Program-made: the position numbers and the translations under genes
Part shown: piece by piece, positions 59,458 to 64,000 of the stretch
How positions within the stretch are numbered: the stretch's first letter is position 1
How the letters are laid out: each line of letters opens with the position of its first letter
Assembly (NCBI GenBank): GCA_026184295.1
Contig: JAHCJK010000002.1
Coordinates: 10,946 to 74,945, forward strand
Source: Planctomycetota bacterium
GTDB taxonomy: Bacteria > Planctomycetota > SZUA-567 > H5-PLA8
Length of the DNA: 64,000 nucleotides
Reading direction: 5' to 3'
The notes under the pieces: model-generated
Told to the model about the DNA's origin: nothing
Seen by the model: only the letters and a program-made list of their open reading frames with translations
Databases searched by the model: none

Positions 59458-59664
59458 TTACGCGACGTGCTCCTTTTGTTTGGTGAGGTGGTACTTCCCA
59501 CAGACCGGGCAGCGGTACGCGCGCTGTCCGTGAAAGCCGCGCCGTTCGGCGAAGCGCGTCGCGTGGCGTGCGCTCTTGAACGGCTTCTTCCGGGCGCAGA
59601 CCTGCCAGACGTGGCGCGTGACCGGCCGGCGTTGCTTCAGGGGCGCGCGGAAGCGGTGCTTCAT
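59458..59664 (-). CDS. small zinc-ribbon protein (68 aa)
   Basis: CPVCGKYHLT; GGAGG upstream; ATGA overlap with upstream gene. Confidence 0.45.
   Translation of the reverse strand: MKHRFRAPLKQRRPVTRHVWQVCARKKPFKSARHATRFAERRGFHGQRAYRCPVCGKYHLTKQKEHVA
59468..59486 (-). repeat. 19-nt repeat GTGCTCCTTTTGTTTGGTG (copy 2)
   Basis: Upstream of 59212..59457 start (AAGGAG 12 nt from ATG). Confidence 0.6.
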
Positions 59665-59894
59665 GCCGTGCGCGCCTCCCCGGCGGCTTCGAGTTCCTTG
59701 CCCTTCCAGGCGCCTTCCGATGGGGCGAACGCCCAACTCGCCGGTTGATCGGCCTTCGAGGGTTTGATCAGCCGCAGAGCGAACTCCGACGTCGTATTGA
59801 CCGCGGCGCCGGCTTTGATCGTTTCGCAAGGCACGAAGAGTTCAGCGTCCGGCGGGAGCGCTTGCAGCGTTTCCATCAGCTTTTGAACTTTCAC
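59661..59894 (-). CDS. phage hypothetical protein (77 aa)
   Basis: GTG start with AAAGGAGG 6 nt upstream. Confidence 0.45.
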   Translation of the reverse strand: MKVQKLMETLQALPPDAELFVPCETIKAGAAVNTTSEFALRLIKPSKADQPASWAFAPSEGAWKGKELEAAGEARTA

Positions 59895-60114
59895 CTGGGG
59901 CCTCCTTTCCTTTTTTCCGGTTGATGACCGAGAGCATCGTTTGGATCGCGCAGTCCAGCGTCTTGAGGTCCTCGTCGTACTCCGCGAGAAGGCGGTCCTT
60001 GAAATCCTTCGCCGGCCGCGGATCGCCTTCGACCGCCCCGCGCCTGGCTTCGAGCCGCGCCTTCGTCTTCCTGAGGTTCGAAACCAGTTCGCCGGCGTTC
60101 ACGGTGCGGGCCTC

Positions 60115-60474
60115 CTACTTCTTCGCCTTCGTGGCCTTCGGCTTCGGCGCGGCCGGCTTCGCGACCTTGTAGATGGTGGCGCCGATCCGGATTTCGAGCA
60201 GGCGTTCGAGCGAGACCATGCGGTATTCGCTCTTGTCCATGTCGTAGACCGTGACGAGGTGGAGCTTCTTGGGGTCGAAGTTCTGGCCCTTGCCCTTCAG
60301 GTTGTCCTTGATCCCGAACGCGCAGCGCATGTCGCGGACTTCGTTGTTCTCGCGCTTCACGAACTTGACGTAGAAGACTTCGCCCTTCTTCTTCTGCATC
60401 CCGACGATGAGCGCGCGCGCCTTCGTCTTGCTGACGGTCTTCTGCTCCATCTGGAGCCCTACCGCTTCCGCCAT
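60115..60474 (-). CDS. phage hypothetical protein with Lys/Ala/Pro-rich histone-H1-like C-terminal tail
   Basis: ...KVAKPAAPKPKATKAKK tail suggests nucleic-acid binding. Confidence 0.5.
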   Translation of the reverse strand: MAEAVGLQMEQKTVSKTKARALIVGMQKKKGEVFYVKFVKRENNEVRDMRCAFGIKDNLKGKGQNFDPKKLHLVTVYDMDKSEYRMVSLERLLEIRIGATIYKVAKPAAPKPKATKAKK

Positions 60475-60508
60475 ACGGCACCTGCCTTTCTGCGGCTAAA
60501 GCCGCTCG

Positions 60509-60697
60509 TTATTGGTCCTGGATGATTTCGGCGTTTGCGCGCCGGTGCCGGCCGCGGGTCGTATCGAGTCTTCCAACCTTCGAAAGCCGCGCCGCACACG
60601 GCATGCAAACATCGAGCGGGTTGTACCGATTGAGGTCGGTGCCACAGCGCCGGCACTTCGTAATGATCTTGAGCCTTGGCCTTCCGCGCCCGCGCAT
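60509..60697 (-). CDS. small zinc-ribbon protein (62 aa)
   Basis: CRRCGT...CMPC motif. Confidence 0.4.
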   Translation of the reverse strand: MRGRGRPRLKIITKCRRCGTDLNRYNPLDVCMPCAARLSKVGRLDTTRGRHRRANAEIIQDQ

Positions 60698-60699
60698 AG

Positions 60700-60981
60700 T
60701 TAGGTGCTTTCGACTTCGGCGATCTTGGATTCGACGACGGCGGCGACGGCCTCATCCGAGAGCTGGTATTCCGGGCGCATGGCGCCGAGATTTGCTTCGT
60801 GCTGGCGGAGGCGTTCGCGAATTTCGACGCGCGCGAGCGGCGAGAGCCAGTCCGAGTCCTTGAGGCCTTCCAGCAGCCGGGCGCAGGCCGCGAGGGTGTT
60901 GGGCGTCTTGCCGTCTTCGGCTTCGATCATTTCGAGTTGCGCGTCGATCTCATCGAGTTCCTTCCGGTCGTAGTCGGGCAT
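60700..60981 (-). CDS. phage hypothetical protein (93 aa)
   Basis: AGGAGG 6 nt upstream of ATG 60981. Confidence 0.45.
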   Translation of the reverse strand: MPDYDRKELDEIDAQLEMIEAEDGKTPNTLAACARLLEGLKDSDWLSPLARVEIRERLRQHEANLGAMRPEYQLSDEAVAAVVESKIAEVEST

Positions 60982-61242
60982 GGCGTTCCTCCTGGTCCCT
61001 TGGGTTTCCGTTTCTTCCGCGCCGAAAGGTCGCGGTAGTAAATCCAGCGCTTGCAGCCGGCGCAGCGCGCCTTGCCGTGCCGCGCCCAACTCCAAATGTG
61101 AAAGCCGTTCTCCGTTCCGCAGATGCATCGAACGTGCTCGGTGGTTCGCCCCCCCCCGCGCGGAGTCTTGCCGAGGCTTTTGCACTCCAGCTTTCCGCGC
61201 GGGGTAAGAAGCGTGTCTACGCCTGGCTCGTATCGCATGGCG

Positions 61243-61470
61243 CTAGTCTTCCTTCGGGTCGTTGCTGAGAGCGTTTTGGAGAAGCTGTGCTATAGGAAGC
61301 GTGAGGTAGTATTCGCGCTTTGGCTTGTAGAGGTCCTCGAACTTGATTTGAACCTGGCCGTCGGACGTCAGCGCGACCACATCGACAATGATCGGAACCT
61401 CTTCGAATTCCTGATCATCGCCCTCAAAGATCGAGAGCTTCCCGACGATTTCAGAATTCACGCTTTTCAT
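61243..61470 (-). CDS. small phage protein (75 aa), low GC
   Basis: MKSVNSEIVGKLSIFEGDDQEFEE...; AT-richer DNA than flanks. Confidence 0.45.
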   Translation of the reverse strand: MKSVNSEIVGKLSIFEGDDQEFEEVPIIVDVVALTSDGQVQIKFEDLYKPKREYYLTLPIAQLLQNALSNDPKED

Positions 61471-61772
61471 CGCTTCGCTTCCTTTCCCATGAGCCCGGCC
61501 TGACGAAGCATGACGAAGACTTGGCCAGGTCCCCACGAACGCTGATGCCGGCGCTCTCCAGAGCGCGGCAGATGTCGTCGCAACTCTTGCCTTCCGCCCG
61601 CAATGCCTTCGCGAGCGCTACGGCTTCCGTGGGCTGTCCCATTACCTTTGCATCCGCCAAGCCGCGGGCTCGAACTCTGTTCCGCGGCAGGAATCGAGGC
61701 AGAGCAGCAGCGCGGCGACGCAGGCGATGGCGAGGACGACGCAGAAGACATCGAAGAGATTGCGGCGGTTGT

Positions 61773-62108
61773 TCACGTAACGGCCCTCCAGACTTTGGCC
61801 TTCACGCCGGCGCGCGTGGCGCGGCGGAGGTCGGATTCGAAGATGAGGTTCAGCTTCTTGAGTTCGTCGATGCGCCCGCAGACGCTCGACTGTTTGATGC
61901 CGGTGGCTTCCGCGATCTCTTCGATGGTCGCGCCGCTCATGGCCGGGATGCGCGAGCACGTGCGAACGTATTCGAGCACGCGCGTACGCAGGGCCGGCGC
62001 CTTGTCGCGGATGTACGCCGCGGCCTCGGCCTGCGTGGACTCGCCCCGCCTGGCCGGCGGTTCCGGGTCGAAGAGGGAGCGTTCGTTCATACGCCGCGCT
62101 TTCGACAA
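61773..62108 (-). CDS. winged-helix DNA-binding protein
   Basis: MSGATIEEIAEATGIKQSSVCGRIDELKKLNLI HTH-like segment. Confidence 0.5.
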   Translation of the reverse strand: MSKARRMNERSLFDPEPPARRGESTQAEAAAYIRDKAPALRTRVLEYVRTCSRIPAMSGATIEEIAEATGIKQSSVCGRIDELKKLNLIFESDLRRATRAGVKAKVWRAVT

Positions 62109-62425
62109 GCGGCCCTGAACCGTACAAGCTCTTCGGTGCGATCTTTGATTTCGCGCTGAAGATGACGCGCGTCCCGTGCGTTCAAAGCAGCGGCTGCATT
62201 CCTAGCATTTCGGAAATGCCTGAAGACTCCCGGCGCTACGTCGCTCTTGTTCGAGGGATACCAGCGGACCTCCGAACCGTCTTGAAGGCGCAGAAGAACC
62301 ATTCCTCGTTGAGGGAGGGCGATTTGATCGCGGACTTCATCGTCAAAATCTCGCCTGACGAAAAAAACCTCGTAACCTACGCCAAGCCGAACGCCGTCGA
62401 CCGTCTGAATGGGAATGTGGCTCAT
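62087..62425 (-). CDS. phage hypothetical protein (112 aa)
   Basis: Overlaps downstream gene by 22 nt. Confidence 0.4.
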   Translation of the reverse strand: MSHIPIQTVDGVRLGVGYEVFFVRRDFDDEVRDQIALPQRGMVLLRLQDGSEVRWYPSNKSDVAPGVFRHFRNARNAAAALNARDARHLQREIKDRTEELVRFRAACRKRGV

Positions 62426-62467
62426 CGTTGCATCTCTCCTTTCAACCAGTGGGTTCGAAGAATGGAC

Positions 62468-63097
62468 CTACGCCGACGCGACCTTCTTGGCCGGCGGCTT
62501 GAACGTGCCCGACTGAGGATCGCGCGCGATGTCGAGTTCCAGCGGTTCCTCCGATTCCTTGATGCCGGCGCGTTCGAATTCCCAAACCTTGGCGCGGTGG
62601 AGAAGACGGGAGCCGAGCGGCGGGAACTTCGGCACGCGCTGTTGCAACTTCCCGTCCCAATACATCACGCGGCCGATCAGGTAGACGACGCGGATGTCGA
62701 AGCCGATGTGTTCGGCGACGTACGCCACGTGGGCGAAGATCGCCTCGCGATGCGCCGGGCGCATGTTGCGGGCTTCTTCGATCCAGAGCACGACGGGGCG
62801 ATGGCTTTCGCCGGCGAGCGCACGCACGGCCCGTTCGATGCAGTCGAAGTAGCCGCAGATTCCGCCGGAGAGGTCGGTCTTTTTCGCGAGGCTGCGCGAG
62901 AAATCCCACTTCGAGACGCCGTCGAGCACGACGCTGACCGGGCCTTGGCTGGCGCGCCTGGAGGTGCGCTCCATGAATTGCAGCGCGGACGTGAGTCCCT
63001 TTCCGTACTCACAGATTTGCACGACGTCGAGGCGGCATCCCTTGAAGTCTTCGCGGGCCAGGTCCATGAGTTCCTTCTGCGAGCGCGTCCAGTTCAT
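62468..63097 (-). CDS. phage hypothetical protein (209 aa)
   Basis: Clean composition, early region. Confidence 0.5.
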   Translation of the reverse strand: MNWTRSQKELMDLAREDFKGCRLDVVQICEYGKGLTSALQFMERTSRRASQGPVSVVLDGVSKWDFSRSLAKKTDLSGGICGYFDCIERAVRALAGESHRPVVLWIEEARNMRPAHREAIFAHVAYVAEHIGFDIRVVYLIGRVMYWDGKLQQRVPKFPPLGSRLLHRAKVWEFERAGIKESEEPLELDIARDPQSGTFKPPAKKVASA

Positions 63098-63167
63098 ACG
63101 TTGAAGCTCCTTTCGTTCGGACAGAGTTTGTCTGCTCCGCGCGGCTTCCGTCCGCGCGCGTGGGGGG

Positions 63168-63872
63168 TTAGCTACGGTGTTTGGGTGCTACGGCCCAGCC
63201 GTGGGGATCGAGCAGGCTGTTGAGCGCGTCGGCGATGGCGCGCACTTCGGCGGCTTTGCGCAGCCGCGGATTGCCGGACTTGTCGAAGAAGAACTTCTGG
63301 ACGGGCTTGACCACGCGCTGCGCTTCTTCCTTCGGCGTGAGGCCGTCCCCGTCGCCGTCGCCTTCTCCATCGGCCGGCGGGAGCAGGCGTTCGGGATCGG
63401 GGAGCGGGCCGTTGAGCGCCGCGATGTCGAGGCCCTTGCGCCCGGCCGCAATCGTGAGGGCCAGCTTCTTGCCGAGCGCGAAGCCGGATTCGCGGTCGCG
63501 GAGGAACGCGCGCGCGCACTTTTCCAGCCAGGCCTTGGAAAGCCCGGTGTCCTGTTCGAGCATGCCGGCGACGAAGCAGTGTTCGGAGAGCGGGCGCCCG
63601 CCCTTCTTCGCCTCCTTGCGTTCCTTGTTGATCTTCGCGACCTCGGACGCGACGTCCTTCCGTTCGGCGAACTCGACGATGCTCCGGCCGAGTTCGTAGC
63701 CGCGCTCCCAGGCTTCGAGCGCCTTGAACGCGACGTCGGCCGCGTGGTCCTTCACGAGTTCGACGAGGTTCTCGTAGCCCTTCGGCCGCTTGACGGGCGG
63801 AAGGATTTCGAGCACCGGCGGCGTCGCGGGCGGGGTGGCGGTCTTTCGGATTTCGAGCGTAGCGGCGGGCAT
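63168..63872 (-). CDS. phage hypothetical protein (234 aa) with GDGDGDG linker
   Basis: AAAGGAG 6 nt upstream of ATG 63872. Trimmed from ORF 63168..63989. Confidence 0.5.
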   Translation of the reverse strand: MPAATLEIRKTATPPATPPVLEILPPVKRPKGYENLVELVKDHAADVAFKALEAWERGYELGRSIVEFAERKDVASEVAKINKERKEAKKGGRPLSEHCFVAGMLEQDTGLSKAWLEKCARAFLRDRESGFALGKKLALTIAAGRKGLDIAALNGPLPDPERLLPPADGEGDGDGDGLTPKEEAQRVVKPVQKFFFDKSGNPRLRKAAEVRAIADALNSLLDPHGWAVAPKHRS

Positions 63873-64000
63873 GGCATTCTCCTTTGAAATCGGGCGCGCG
63901 CCGGAATGCCGGCGCGAGCCAAGCCAATGTGCGAAGTAACAGGAACCGACGATGTAGAGGACCGCGAGAAGGCACGCGAAGAGGAGCACAACGCGGTTGA

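Larger units (their letters stand above)
27523..64000 (-). mobile_element. prophage / phage-like element (P22-like head module order), incomplete in window
   Basis: Over 60 consecutive minus-strand genes including terS, terL, portal, scaffold, coat, fiber/spike paralogs, holin-like proteins, excisionase-family HTH, orphan Dam MTase. Frequent ATGA start/stop overlaps. Left boundary approximate. Integrase not in window. Confidence 0.7.

Overview
High-GC (~68%) chromosomal window, most likely Planctomycetota: two tandem DUF1559 (H-X9-DG) prepilin-like genes are the taxon hallmark. Region 1-27.2 kb is ordinary host DNA. It holds a thioredoxin-domain (DUF255) protein, a solitary Memo1-family protein, a MacAB-type tripartite efflux set (HlyD adaptor, ABC ATPase, FtsX permease), the DUF1559 pair, DedA, a Hanks Ser/Thr kinase, a CaCA antiporter plus Ca-type P-ATPase operon, D-lactate dehydrogenase, CorA, NUDIX, APS kinase with an unusual FtsK-gamma-like C-terminal extension, a LigD-phosphoesterase-like small protein, SmpB, an M20 peptidase, a VWA protein and an AmpD-type amidase. 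From about 27.5 kb to the window end (and beyond) every gene is on the minus strand and forms a temperate-phage-like element. Its head module is in P22-like order (terS, terL, portal, scaffold, coat). It has several fiber/spike genes, two of which are paralogs sharing a C-terminal domain. It has an early/regulatory region with excisionase-family HTH, XRE-HTH plus HExxH pair, Zn-ribbon proteins and low-GC morons (orphan Dam methylase, ASCH protein). No integrase, tape-measure protein, tRNA, rRNA or CRISPR lies in the window. The most unusual locus is a tightly coupled cargo cassette at the left end of the phage (27.5-30.6 kb). It encodes a 65-aa small protein, an ABC-type ATPase fused to a GNAT acetyltransferase, and a truncated methionyl-tRNA-formyltransferase-like domain lacking the catalytic Asn. 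It also encodes a membrane-anchored protein and a nucleoside 2-deoxyribosyltransferase/Rcl-like enzyme, next to a Zn-ribbon protein and an 18-Cys membrane-anchored protein. I propose this as a candidate undescribed phage-borne conflict or modification system. A conserved ATTTAACG-containing motif recurs in one orientation upstream of four phage transcription blocks.
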